Below are positions 22,951 through 35,231 of a stretch of 64,000 bases of DNA, piece by piece; the first letter of the stretch is position 1; every line of letters starts with the position of its first letter. Source of the stretch: Vitrella brassicaformis CCMP3155. Its lineage: Eukaryota; Protista; Chromerida. Under the pieces are notes generated by a model, which saw nothing but the letters and a program-made list of their open reading frames with translations, searched no databases and was not told the DNA's origin. A program made the position numbers and the translations under genes. The DNA lies in assembly GCA_001179505.1 (NCBI GenBank), contig CDMY01000646.1, positions 62,001 through 126,000 of the forward strand, given 5' to 3'.

Positions 22951-25900
22951 CTATTGCCATCTGCCCGGGCTAGGTGGATGATGGTGATGGTGGGGCATGG
23001 GCATGGGTATGTCGGGCTGCTCAATCAGGTGCCGGAAGAGACACTTGACGTCTCTCTGAATATCTGAGCACACACCACACACCACACACACACACACACA
23101 CACAAACATCCATCCGTCCATCCATCCATCCATCCAGATTTGCCAGATGTGTGTGTGAGTCGGCAGGGCGCCCAACCGGCTTGCAGCTGCATGTTGGTCT
23201 GCATTTGTCTCTGCAGCGAGGCCTCCAGCAAACGGACCTCCTCCAAATCAACAGCCAGACCCTTCAGCTCCTGCACAACCATTCGAGTAAAGAGTCGAGC
23301 AGACGTCCCCACACATGCCCGCCAGCCCATCTCCTCTCGTCTCACCCGACATATCTCGGTGTCGTCCGGCAGTTTCTGCAGTGCCTGCATCCACATGTCT
23401 CGCCACTCGTCCTCCTCACTCGGCTGCCGCTCACCCTCACCCCCGCCCGTCCCGCCGCCCCATGCACACGCACCCCCTCCAGTAGTGTCTACTGCCGGAC
23501 CGACATCTGGCGGGTCGCTGGCCAGGCCCATGTCGACCATAGGCGCCGAGTTCTGCGGGTTGTTGTGAGACCGGTGCGATCTGTCGGATGGGATGGGATG
23601 GGGCTGCTGAGCTCTCGGCCCCCCTCCCTGCTCAATGTCGTCCGTGATCGGGGGGCACTCCTCCGTCATCTCCGTCAGTGTCCGTGTGGTGTGGTACTTG
23701 AACACCGACAAAGATGGCTCGGGCGGTGCCTGCGGTCTCTGCGGCAGGGGAAGGGGCGGACTGTGTGGGGAGGACAGAGACACGGGCAGGTTGGTGGGCT
23801 CCAGGGATGGTGTGTCACTTGGTCGGACACATGGGTCAGCAGGGGGCAGCCGAGTGGCTGAGGGGGGAGGGGGTGGTGGGCGGGGAGGCAGCGCCTGGAG
23901 GGGCGGAGGCTGCATGCCGTGGATGGGCTCCTCCTGACATATCCACGAGTGACACATGAGATGTCGCTGTCTTTTTCCGGAGCGGATGGCTCACCACAAC
24001 AGTCACGGGAATCGTTCGCTGGGGTGTTTCGTCAGCATCGGACGCCATGCCAGAGGGCACCCCGGGCAGCGACACGCTCTCGTCCGTCATCGGCATGGGC
24101 GCCCAAGGTCTCTCCTTGTCGAATTTCATGCTCACGCTCTTCTTGAATTTCTTGGAGCTGTCCTTTCTGTCCGAGTCCTGGTGGCCCGTCTCGATGCCCA
24201 TGACAGTGGCCACATCCCGCGACTCCTGCCGCTCCTTCTTGGGCAGCATGGCCTGTCGAGAAGAGCTGCTGGGGGGCGCAGCGCCCACCGAGTAGCGCAG
24301 GGCGGTGCTGCCGGCTGTGTTGCGTCTGCCCGAGTCGCCGGTAGGCATGCGCATCGTCCGCCGGCGGCTGAGCGACTCGGTCATCTCGTCCTCCATTTGC
24401 TGAAGGAAAGTGGGAGAATGGAGCGCTGGTGCTGGTTGTCCTTTTTGTCTGTTTTGTACCATGTAGACTTCTTGGAATTTGTTGCCGATGATGGCGACAG
24501 GCAAAGCGATAAACTGCAAACACGTATATTTGCCTCCCGTCTCCACTCGTGTGTCATTTTCATCGGCCACTCACCAGAATTCCCGCGAGCATGGCTGCAG
24601 TGGCCACCACTTTGCCCCAGCCAGTCTGAGGATACACATCACCTGAGGTCATGAGGACAAGGAAAGGACACCTAAGACCCTTGGCGACGTCGATCGTACA
24701 CCTATGAAATCGCTGACCGTATCCGACGGTGCACATGGTCACCACAGCCCACCAGAATGTCGCTGGGATCGACGGAAAGAATCTAGGAGCGGGCAAGCGG
24801 CGGGATAAGTGCCTCCTCGTTCAGAGGTATTTGCCAGTGTCTGCAGTGTGCTCACTGTGAAGGCTCCACTCGCTTCTCGGCTTCGTACATGGCAGACGAA
24901 AACAGTATGATGCCTGCATGGCACGAAAGCGATATTCACCGACATTTCCCTGAGATGTGTGCCTTTCGTGCCGGTCAGGGGAGACATACCGATGGCGAGG
25001 AAGAAGACGAGGATCCACAACGCCTGGATGGACCTCTTCAGGCCCTCGCCCATCAGCTGACAACCAACACAGGGGAAGCCATTTCTTTGGCTGACAATCA
25101 CACTTGGCAAACCGATATAAGTCGCTCACCCGCAGGCCGACAGAGTAGCGGGACAGCTTGAATATTCTGAAGACGCGAATCAGGCGGACAACCCGCAACA
25201 CGCGAAAGCCTCCCAAAGCAAACTGACGAGCGACGAGACACTCATGTGCGCTTGCCGGTCCTTTCGAGGATGTGTGAGTGTTTTCCCTTCCATGTGTCTC
25301 ACCGAGGAGAGCATCAGCCTCACATAATAGGGAGCAAATGCCAGAAGGTCAAACCAATTCATCCAGCCTGCAGACTCAGGGAGACAGACACACACATACA
25401 CACATACACACATGTGCAGACCAGACAGACCGGTTGGTTCAGAGAGTTCGCCTACTTTACTCACTGGTGAGGAAGATTTTCAGCGTGTATTCCGGAACGA
25501 TGTTGACGACGCTGAGCCGCAGAACAAACTCGAGCGTGAAGAGCCCCACTGTGGTGCCCTCGATGGCCTCCCACACCCTCAAAGGCACCACATCATTCAA
25601 CTCGGGCATCGTCTCCTTCACACAGGCCGACCGATGTTTGTTCCTTCGCCCACTCCTCGTTCTGTGTCTGTCTGTGGTACTCACCAGCATGAAGGCTGTG
25701 ACCGAGACGGCGATCAGGAGCATGATAGCGATGGATATCACGGTGGCCACTTGGCTGCTGTCAGGCACCTCCAGCAGCAAATAGATGCGCTTCTTGGCTC
25801 CCTCTACCCGCAGCAGAAACTGCTGCCACTTGTTGTCTTGCAGCTCGGCCGTCAGCTCTCGAGTGGACAGGAACGTCGCGATGCGGCTGCGTGTCCACCT

Positions 25901-26116
25901 TTTGCTGCGACAGACACACAGAAGACAGTCACTCACGCACAATGTCTTGTGTGTGTATGTGTGTATCTGTGCCCACGAGGTTTGGAGGAATTTGCCATTG
26001 GGTGAGCATGGGTCCGTCTCAGTCGATGCCCGCGATGTCGGCGAGACGCTCTGATCCCGCTCTATCTGCGTCCGCAGCCTCTCGACCTGGTCACGCTGCA
26101 TAAACACCGCCGGCAT
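22951..26116 (-). CDS. Voltage-gated potassium channel, Shaker/Kv-like 6TM subunit with a long cytoplasmic C-tail (5' end uncertain)
   Basis: S1 region [19 protein letters not shown]2 FTLEFVLR, S3 [13 protein letters not shown]4 [22 protein letters not shown], pore [19 protein letters not shown]|DVYPQT, and S6 [16 protein letters not shown]. Confidence 0.9.
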
Positions 26117-26473
26117 CTTCACGTCAGGTGGGTGACGGCCAAGCGGTGCTCTGCAGAGTCAGAGGGGCCTGGTGGGTGGAGGAGATCAGGCAGGGCACTG
26201 CATGCGCCCTGATCCCGATACTCACAGCAGCAACAGCACTGCTACCTTGACAAAGTGTGCTGTGGCTGGACTGAATCCAAGAGTGTGCCGAAGGCGTCGA
26301 AAGAGCTCAACGGCAGACACGTCTGCATGCGGGGGGGGGCCAAAAAGAGCCCCCAGCGATCTTCCCGGAACCTCCCCCCCGGATCCTTCCGAAGCGTGAT
26401 AGCGCGTTGCAGTGGCCAATAGGTCCGTTGGTCGGCCCCTGACTCTGTTCTTGCCTCCCCTCTGGTCGCCAGG

Positions 26474-29156
26474 ATGATGAACACTCGTCGCATGATGGAG
26501 CGGCGGATAGAGAAAGAGCGCGACCGCGAGGCGCAGCTGGGCGGCATCGAGAAGATGCTCTTCGAGCAGGCACTCACCAACACGGCCGCTCGCAGCGATG
26601 CAAGGGTGGAGGCCATGAGGAGGCAGAGGCTGCGTGAGCAGGAGGAGACCGAACTCAGGCAGGACGCGCTATTCATTCAGGTGGGCGGGCCGCCAGACAG
26701 ACATACGGGCAGACGGGCAGACAGCAGGCAGGCATCATTGCATATATTGTTTCTGTGTCTGGGTTGTGTCTGCGATTCGTCAGCGTATGCAGGAGCAGGA
26801 GCGTCGTCAGAAGCTCACTGAGATGGAGGACAGACTCGCGAGGGTAGGCAGCGTCTGCACCGACAAGATCACGCCAGCTGCCTCTCCTTGTCTGTGTGCT
26901 CAGGAGCTGGAGCGTCGCAAGGCCGAGCAAATCCGCGAGTATCAGAACAGACAGAGGGTAGGTGCCGCCAAGGTATGTCGCACAACTGGTGCATGTGTGT
27001 GCGTGTCTGTGCTTGGCTGGAGGTGATCAATGGGAGCGACGAGATTCGTGACCTGAAGGCCAAGCTGGAGGCTGCCCGAGTCACCAAGGAGAGGGCGGCA
27101 CAGTTGCTGGAGCAGCAGATCAGAGAGGAGGAGGAGAGGGTGAGAGAGAGAGAGAGAGAGAGAGACCAAAACGGGTGGCACACCACATGTGTTCTCTGTG
27201 TGTGTTCCTCAGTGGCATGAGAGGGTGTTGGCTGAGCGGATGGAGGAGGAGCGGCTCAAGGCCCTCGAGCATGAAGTCGCCAAGGAACAGTCCACCGAAA
27301 ACGTCAAATACCAAACCAAACTGGTCAGTCTGTCGGCACCAGACTACCACTTCACGTATGCCTTTGCTGGGTACGTGTGTGTGTGTGTGTGTGTGTGTGT
27401 GATTGTGTGTGCAGATGCAGCAGGACCAGATCCGTCTTCGCGAGAAGGCCAAGGAGGAGTCGATGGCAGAGTACATCCGCGAGAAGGAACAGGTTGAACA
27501 AATCGTCGAGAAAATCAGACTAGAGGACCAGCGGTATGGACGTACACACACACTCGCCGACCCTCCCACACGCATTTGCCGACGCCCAACCACATGTGTG
27601 TGTGTGTGCAGTGAGGTGGAGGAGCGACTGGCCCGGCAGGCAGAGGCTCAGCGTGAGTTGGCGCTGTTCATCCAGCAAAAGGACGAGGAGAGGCGCATGC
27701 AGCAAATTAAGGAAGAGGAGGAACTCAGGTACACGAACACCCCACACACACCCGCACGCGCCACAGTGGCCGTCTGCACCTCCCGTTGTGTGTGTGTGTC
27801 AGGAAAATCGAGGAGTTTGCGCGCATGAAGCGTGAGCGTGAGGAGCGGATTGAGCGAGAGAGGAAACAGGTGACGATCAGACAGACAGACACCTATGGAC
27901 CTGCACCACAGGCACCCTAATATATCGGCCATGTGTGTGTCAGGCTGAGGAGGAGAAGAAGCGCATCCTCAACGAGCTGTGCAGACAGCAGGTCAACACA
28001 CATACACACACCACCGTACCATGACGTACTCATTATTCCCGTGTGTGTCTATGCTGTGTGCGTCCAGGCCGAGCGCAATGCCGAGAGAGAAGAGCTCGAG
28101 TATCTCCGAGACGAGCTATACAGGTGCCTATCGACAGGCAGGCAGGCAGGCAGGCATTTTTGTATTGCGTGTGTTGATCGGTGGGTCGGTTGGTGTGTGT
28201 CAGGGAGGAGCGTGAGGCGCTGGATCGCGCCAAAGACGAGGCTGCCCTCAAGAAGGCCATCGAAGACAGGTTCCAGATGATGAAGGCGTTCGAACAACAG
28301 GTCGGTCACACACCAACACGTGAATGTGAACTAGCACATGGCATACGGATGTTGGCTGTCTTGTTTGCCTTTGTGTGTGGCAGATGGCTGAGAAGGAGGA
28401 GCGGAAGCTGCAGCGGGCTGAGGAGGAACGCAAATTCAGAGACATCATGCTCGTAAGCAACCACACACACACACAGAGATCCAACACGCACCAGCCACTT
28501 CTCTGGTCATTCGAGTGACTGGCTGTCTGTCTTGTTGTGCGTGTTGGCCAGGCCAAGTTTGCTGAGGATGATCGCATAGAGCAGATGAACGACCAGAAGA
28601 GACGAATCAAGATACAGGAACACAAACGAGAGGTGCGGTAGGGAACTGACAACACACCACACCTGAACTACCCACCGTTCCACTGATGGTCCATATATCT
28701 GAGTTTGTGCAGGTGGAGCGTTTGGTCGACATCCGTCGCCAGATGTACCAGGAGGAGCGCGAGAACGAGCTGCGCGAACGGGCCAGGCTGCAGGAGGAAG
28801 AGGCACAGAAACAGAGGTCACACAAAGGCCGCAACCATCCCCCTTTCTCCGCGCACACACGCAGTCAACGACGGGGTGTGTATGTGTGTATGTGTTGTGG
28901 TTCAGGATCATCGAGGAGGAGAGGAAGCGGCTGCTCCGGGAACATGCGGCTGGACTCAAGGTGGGTAGAGGGTGGGCAGGCAGACGCCCTCACCTGACCG
29001 ACCAACACGATCAGAATCATATGGGTTTGCTGTTTACGGCATCCATCTGTTGTCCAGGATTTCCTGCCCAAGGGCACCTTGCAGAAGCGGGAGGACGTGG
29101 ACCTTCTGGACCAAGCTGCACAGGCCAAAGTCAAGGCCAGACGAGAGGCCAAGTAG
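26474..29156 (+). CDS. MNS1: Meiosis-specific nuclear structural protein 1 homolog (TPH-domain axonemal microtubule inner protein), multi-exon
   Basis: Coiled-coil exons with diagnostic segments SDEIRDLKAKLEAARVTKERAAQ, IMLAKFAEDDRIEQMNDQKRRIKIQEHKREVERLV and IIEEERKRLLREHA..FLPKGTLQKREDVDLL. Confidence 0.9.
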
Positions 29157-29425
29157 CCGTGTTGCTGCGGCGGTGGTTTGTGCTGACACATGAGGGTGTC
29201 AATGATTGTGACCGTCCTTGCGTGCATTGCCAAAGTGGTTACCTTCGGTCTCTGCCGATGTCTGTTCGTCTGTCCCCCATTGTGCGTGTGTGACTGACGA
29301 TAGCCTCCCTGTACATACCGAGTCAGACTTATGGCGCGCGATCGACATGCATGTGATCTTGCCCCCGCACCAAACCCAGCCGAGTCCGTGAAGTCATTCC
29401 GTTTTCTCTCTCTGGGAAGCACACG

Positions 29426-32400
29426 ATGCGAGGGCCCATTTGCTGCGCCTCCAGCCCCACCATGAGGGCCCAGCAACAACAACCCCCTCCCCCTCCCCTG
29501 CCAGCCCCCCAACGAGGTCTGTCGTGGGGGTGCACACCCATCCCCTCCAACCACAATGCAGCCAGGCCACGGAACACCGTGCAGCCACCGATCCAGGTGA
29601 AGAATACAGCCACTTTGCACTGCGGAGAAAGCGCTCCATGTTGGATGACATTGCGTGCAGGATGGCGATCAGAGCCATCGGCAGAGGAGGAGGGGCTGGT
29701 GCATTGACCCTCCCAACGAACAGACCCAGCCTCGAGCTCCTCCTCAATCGCCGCTGTGTGGCCCTCGTCCTATGGCCCCTCCGTTGCCGGTGGGTGAGGT
29801 TGCACTGGCAACAAAGACTGCATGGTTGCATGGTCCTGATCTGGCTTGATGCAGGCAGAGGAGGCGGGAATGGTCCGCCAGCGAGGTTTCGGCAGGGGGG
29901 GCTCGGTCAGTGTCCCTCACCTTCCCCCCGGACACCCGCAGCTGGTATGTACCCACTGATTCATCAGAATCATCACACCACGACCCATTTCTGTGCGTTG
30001 CCTCCTCTTTGTTCTTCCTTGCAGCCTCATTCTGTGCCAATTTTTCCCCCTGGCTTGCCGCCTCCCTCCACACCTCCCACCCCTATGGTGCAGCGACGTG
30101 TCCTCGGGTCGCTGTCGCCATTCGCCTCACCCATGCGGTCATTCACCCCTCAACCTCTTTCTCGGACGCCCAGTGTGCCGCACAACTTCCAGCTCAGGGC
30201 TTATCTTCGCTAGGCGGCACGCCATCCATCCCTATGGTCAACCCGCCGCCCCCCTCCACCACTGGGAAGGGCGGCAGCTTCGACTCTCTGAGCCCTCAGC
30301 CGTCGGTCATGCCTCCCTCCGGCCCCGTGACGCCCAAAATGATGGCCATGCAAGCGGCCGGGAGGTCGGCGCCTCCATTCATCCCGCCGTTGCAGCTGCC
30401 GCCTCATGCGCACGGCACTCCGCGGACCATGTCTCCCTTCTTCGGCCATCCTCCGCCGATGCGCAGAATGCCCATCCCCCACTGGCAGCCGATTGCCATT
30501 CCGGTGCATGGCGGCTACATCCTCGCCACGTCTCCCCTCGACAGCCCTCGGTTCAAGGACAAACACACGCAGACGGACGTCCTCATGAAGGCGAGGGAGC
30601 TGCTGGCGGGTCATGAGTCGCCCGTCACGTCGGTGATCCGGTCGCCTGCCCGTGGCGACGACAGGAGTGAGGTGCGGCAGGTCGACGAAAGTGGCGCGGG
30701 TCAGCCCTTTCTTGCAGCAAGCTTTGGAGTGCCAGACCGACAGCACGACGACCTCCCAATAGACCACGTGAGACGCAACACACGCACACACACCCATCCA
30801 TCCGCTGATCCGGCGCCGTTGACCCTTTGCTCTTCCTCTGTCGATGCAGAAGTCTCTCATCCCTCCCCTGGACCTGGAGGCCACCCAGCCAGTCCGCCAA
30901 GAGCGCCTGCCGACAGGGGATGACGAGGTCCCCTTCCAGCCTGGTGCGACGCCCGTCGCCCTTGCGGATGTGAGTGGGCCGCCCGCACAGCGGCGCGTCA
31001 GAGTGAAGGCCAAGGCCAAACCAAAGGCAAGGGCAAAAGCTAGGGCCAAGGCGAAGGCCGGCAAGAAGAAGAGAAAGGTGAAAGAAAGAGAGAGACACAC
31101 ACACCGCGGCACAGAACATACACGTACACTTAGTTCCTTGTCTGCAGAAGCCGTTTGTGCCCCGCGTGGCGAGTCTGAGTCTGTCGGCGAGGTATAGCAA
31201 GGAGCTTGAGAAGCTGTCCAAGAGCCAGGAGTCGAGGAAAGACGATAGCAAGGACAAGAGGCGGAAGAGCAGCGCCATGAACAGGTCGCAGTCGCTCGGC
31301 GCAGTGCTCGAGGCCAAGCTGCACGAGTCGAAGAAGGGCAGCCTCACGGACAGCAGCACCAACATCCTGGACAAGTTTCTGCCCGTCTTGGTGAGGACAA
31401 CGTGCAGAGAGACAGATGAAAGGATGTTTCATCATCGGATGTTCTCCTACTTTTTGTGTGTTGTGAATCAGGGAAGCTCCAAGAGCGGTCCGGCAGGCAG
31501 TCTGCTGGATGAGCTGACGCAGAGCACGTCCCCGCCGCTCGAAAAAGCACACAGGGTTGGCTTGACGCGAGTGCCGGTAGGCGAGACACACGGTGCCTGC
31601 CTGCCTGCCTGCAGTGAGAGTATAGGCATGTGTCTCACTCGCCTCTCCCTCCTGGCTGTCAGGTGCATGTTGCCCTGCCGCACTTCGCCGCGGCGAGCCA
31701 CGGGCAGCCTTTGGACGTGACTAGGTTTGTGACCACGGCCCTCAACCTGCTGCAGGCATCGCAGATCCACAACCCATCCGCACAGACACTCACAAGTAAG
31801 AAGTACACACACATATACACATGAAGCGTGCATGTCACGGCTGTGCTTGGCAGGTCTGTTTAATATTCTGGATGCGTCTGTCAAAGGTAGCTTGGGCGTG
31901 ACGGAGACGCTGTGCGCCATCGCCCTCCTCACAGAGGGACCCGCCATGCGCAGATTGCAGGGTAAGCTGAGGGGCACGTCCGTTGCATTGGATCGTGTGA
32001 TACATGTGTGTGTGTTCTTTCAGTAGTGTTTGAGACCCTTGACTGGCGGAAGGAGGGCTCAATCAGCCCCCACCAGTTCAGCATATTCATCAAAATGGGT
32101 GCGTGGGGTGGTGGTGAGTGAGAGTGTGCGGCGAACGAGTTACAGTGAGAAATGTGTCTCTGTGTGTGACTGTTCGTTCCCTCCAGCCGTGAACGTGTTG
32201 AGTGTGCCCGCCACCGATATCCCGCCCTTCCCGATAGCCACCAAGCTCTCTTTCCACGAATTCACACAAAGGTAGGTAGGTGATCGATCGCTCCCCACCG
32301 CGCGCTCGTCCATCCATTCATCAGCGTTCGTTCGTTTCTCTCTGTCCAGGCTATCCTTCCTGTCTGTGCCCGACCACATCAGCCAGGCCGCCCCCCTGCC

Positions 32401-32491
32401 CCTGCGTATGACCACCGTGCCGCCCCAGCAGCCCGTCATGCCACGGCCGCCGCCCACAGCACCGGCTCAGTGGCACTACACACATGCATAA
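29426..32491 (+). CDS. Pro/Ser-rich disordered protein with a C-terminal EF-hand pair (recoverin/CBL-like), multi-exon
   Basis: Long low-complexity exons and a KAKAKPKARAKA basic tract, followed by LFNILDASVKGSLGVTETLCAIALL..RRLQ..VFETLDWRKEGSISPHQF (helix-loop-helix spacing of two degenerate EF hands). Confidence 0.6.
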
Positions 32492-32859
32492 TGGACACCT
32501 CTCTATAAGCGGATACTGTACCTGCCCTGTATGTGTATGTGTATGTGTGTGGATGAGAGTAGAGTCTAGTCCAGGAGAAGACTGCCTCTCTGTCTGTCGA
32601 CTCCATGCTTTGCTTGAAAAACTAGTGAGTGCATCAAAGAAAGACCCTGATAAACAACAATGCACCCAGCAGGCACTCATACAATAACTAACGGCGTTTG
32701 GGAAGTCTCGATGGCGAGACAAACACATACACGGATACACACACTCACCCAGACACACAAGGCTACTTCTTTGAAACCGACACAACTTGAGCAAAGTCAC
32801 GAGAAGCCATTGATCATGGTCCTCAATATGATGCACAAGCCCCCCCCCCCCCCCCCCCC

Positions 32860-33159
32860 NNNNNNNNNNNNNNNNNNNNNNNNNNNNNNNNNNNNNNNNN
32901 NNNNNNNNNNNNNNNNNNNNNNNNNNNNNNNNNNNNNNNNNNNNNNNNNNNNNNNNNNNNNNNNNNNNNNNNNNNNNNNNNNNNNNNNNNNNNNNNNNNN
33001 NNNNNNNNNNNNNNNNNNNNNNNNNNNNNNNNNNNNNNNNNNNNNNNNNNNNNNNNNNNNNNNNNNNNNNNNNNNNNNNNNNNNNNNNNNNNNNNNNNNN
33101 NNNNNNNNNNNNNNNNNNNNNNNNNNNNNNNNNNNNNNNNNNNNNNNNNNNNNNNNNNN
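32860..33159. other. Assembly gap (300 N)
   Basis: Run of 300 N flanked by poly-C. Confidence 1.
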
Positions 33160-33214
33160 CCCCCCCCCCCCCCTCAACACACACATGCGTCACATGTCCG
33201 TCTCCATCGCCTAG

Positions 33215-35173
33215 CTATGCCAGTGCATAGGCCTCCAGTTCGTCGAGGTCGAAGTACCAGCCCCTGACACTTGCAGGGGAAAAGCCTGCCTGACTAATCG
33301 TCTCCCAGCCGGGCACGTGCACCTTGGCCCTCTCCCAGGTCGGCCAGAAGCTGGACGGCGCAAAGGCGTGGCATCGCTTCAGCGAGTGCAGCATCGCGAC
33401 ATTGACTGAAGGGGGGCGCTGGCCGGCCGACGAGGGGAGGATGCCCATGTCGAAGCCCGACACAACGAGGAGTGCCCTCACGGTGGTGCCCTTGGCTGTA
33501 ATGTCATCCTCCACACGCAGCTGTCGCAGCCCAGCAAGATGTAACTTACTGCCGCCGAGAAGGCCTTCCTCTTGTCGATACCCGGCCGGCCTCTTAAGCT
33601 TGAACAAAGCCGTCTTGGCTTCCACCTCGGACCCGTTGTCGGCCGTCACGTCGATCTGGCCAGCAATGGCCACGGCGAAGAGCTCCCCAGTGCCCTCAAC
33701 GCGACCCATGAGCAGCAGAGGCGAGTGGCCTTTGACTGCATCGAGAAACTGCGCCCATCGCCAGCCATCCACTGAGGCACGGTAGAGGCGCTTGATGGGC
33801 TCCCCCAGCCGTGCCGGAATCGCCCTTAGATGCGCCACATGAGGGTCGAGGTCGTCGGTGGCTTTGACTGTGTCCCATTCGGAGTTTCGGATGAAGTCAA
33901 TATGCTCCTGCGTGAGCAGCCAGTCTCCCTCTCCCGGCGACAGATAGACGCTCGAGTCGATGCCGAAGAGGTCCAGAGTTTCCCGGTACTCGCTGAGGTC
34001 GGAGGCGCCCATCGACTGACGCACATCCTCGATGCTTGGAGGCCGACTGCATGGACACACAGCACACGACATCCATCCAGGCAGTCAATCAGTCTGTGTG
34101 TCTAGGGCGTGGCTGCATGAGCGAACGTCTCACCTTTGGATGCTGGCTCGCACGGCGAGATCCACCACGCGGCGGACACAGTCGAGCGGACACACACTTG
34201 AACGATCATACCTGAAAGACAGACAGACACGGTGATGGTAGGCCAACGCATTAATGCGTACGTACGTGTTGAATCGTCTGAAGAAGTTGGAAGTCTCTCC
34301 GAGAGCTCGAGACGCCCCGACCGTCACTGTCACCTTCCAGGCGATCACATCGAGGGTCACCAGCTGATCAAGCCAACCAACGCACAATGGCATAAGCCAG
34401 CTGAGGCGCCTGTCCCGTGCCCTCTCACCTCATTGTCATCTTTGCTGGGCGATCTGAGCAGAGGTTTGATTGCCCGCAGGCGGCCCATGTCGGCTTCAGT
34501 GCTGTCTGTAGAACGGTCTCTTTGCTGGTCCGTGGGGACCCGCAAGAGCATGTTGACCCAATAACTGACATGACGGACAACGTTGATAGATAGCATCATG
34601 CAGCACGTTGTTGTGTGAAGACACCCACCCACTCTCTCACCCACCTGAATGGCAAGTCCCTCTTCTGTGCATCAGACAGACCCATGTCGTCGACGCTGAT
34701 GGCACCCTGCTCGTACCGCGTCAGCTTCTCGACCATCCTGATTTAACACATCCATTCAGCCATGGCGGCCACCAATCAACGGACACCCACGTGCCGTACC
34801 AGTTGAATGCTGGCGCGTACACCGGGAGGAACCAGCGGCCATGAGCATCACGGACGAATTCATCGTCGACTTGGCCAGAGAAGAGGGTCGCCATCACGCT
34901 GCCCTTGACGGCGCACAGTGTGGACCGCTTGACGCTGAGGCACTCGCCGCTGATGTTGAGATCAATCCACTGCGCCATCGTGCCCGCCGGCACCTCATGG
35001 TCGTCCACCAGACGGAGGGCAGGCGCCTTGACGGCTGGATCTGTCGATGAGATGAGGCTGCATCCAGCCGTCTTGTCGTCCTCAGGTGACCGAGATGCAT
35101 CGTTGCCACTCACAGTCGCTCGAGGAATACACGAAGGCCTGAAGGGGGCATAGCATCTGGCGAATAGCCTCAT
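33215..35173 (-). CDS. BTB/POZ (KCTD-type) + degenerate TLDc domain protein, multi-exon
   Basis: BTB: WIDLNISGECLSVKRSTLCAVKGSVMATLFSG....RDAHGRWFL. A second BTB-like segment begins LVTLDVIAWKVTV. The last exon has KRLYRASVDGWRWAQFLDAVKGHSPLLLM and ends FDLDELEAY (TLDc signatures). The start could also be ATG 34978. Confidence 0.75.
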
Positions 35174-35231
35174 CCTTGCCCTCGCGATCGCCAGATCTTC
35201 GCCTTTTTTCAGCTCGCAAGTGAATGACGAA

